Virus record (IMG/VR): IMGVR_UViG_3300010163_001408
Length of the DNA stretch: 48,141 nt
Strand: one strand, 5' to 3'
DNA from: an uncultured virus (IMG/VR IMGVR_UViG_3300010163_001408)
Lineage: Duplodnaviria > Heunggongvirae > Uroviricota > Caudoviricetes
In this document: positions 48,124 to 48,141 of the stretch, one piece after another
How positions within the stretch are numbered: the stretch's first letter is position 1
Layout of the letters: every line of letters starts with the position of its first letter
Translations under genes and position numbers: made by a program
The notes under the pieces: model-generated
The model's input: the letters and a program-made list of their open reading frames with translations, nothing else
Databases searched by the model: none
What the model was told of the DNA's origin: nothing

Positions 48124-48141
48124 AGAGCAACACCTCCTTTT

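Noticed and set aside
1..48141. Stop-codon reassignment (TAG or TGA recoding seen in some large gut phages)
   Set aside because: Conserved genes are full length in code 11, and the TAG-terminated genes checked (19442, 34073) are not in frame with the next ORF.

Overview
An AT-rich, purine-skewed 48-kb segment in which essentially every long gene lies on the + strand, read in standard code 11. It looks like part of a very large extrachromosomal element (huge phage or megaplasmid/chromid) of a Bacillota host. SigA-type TTGACA-N17-TATAAT promoters, GGAGG ribosome-binding sites and three lipoproteins support this; no virion, conjugation, tRNA, rRNA or CRISPR features are visible. Replication and DNA-processing genes: type IIA topoisomerase B and A subunits (no GyrA-box), DnaB-like helicase, DnaC/IstB-like ATPase, two SF2 helicases, RuvC-like resolvase, a ParB-HNH fusion, a free-standing homing-endonuclease-like gene, and a LigA homolog split into two non-adjacent genes whose N-half lacks the catalytic lysine. 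Translation and proteostasis genes: orphan infC, smpB and a ClpA-architecture Hsp100. Conflict-type genes: an Rpn nuclease with a probable intragenic antitoxin, TelA, a SLOG protein, an ATP-grasp, and a HExxH-peptidase/VWA plus MoxR-like AAA+ module. The least explained signals are a ~70-aa domain recurring about nine times in five proteins, the apparently inactive split ligase, a hidden 25-aa minus-strand type I toxin-like ORF, a G-quadruplex-capable tract, and attenuator-like leaders before infC, gyrB and smpB. All family calls come from motifs recognised by eye; no database search was run.
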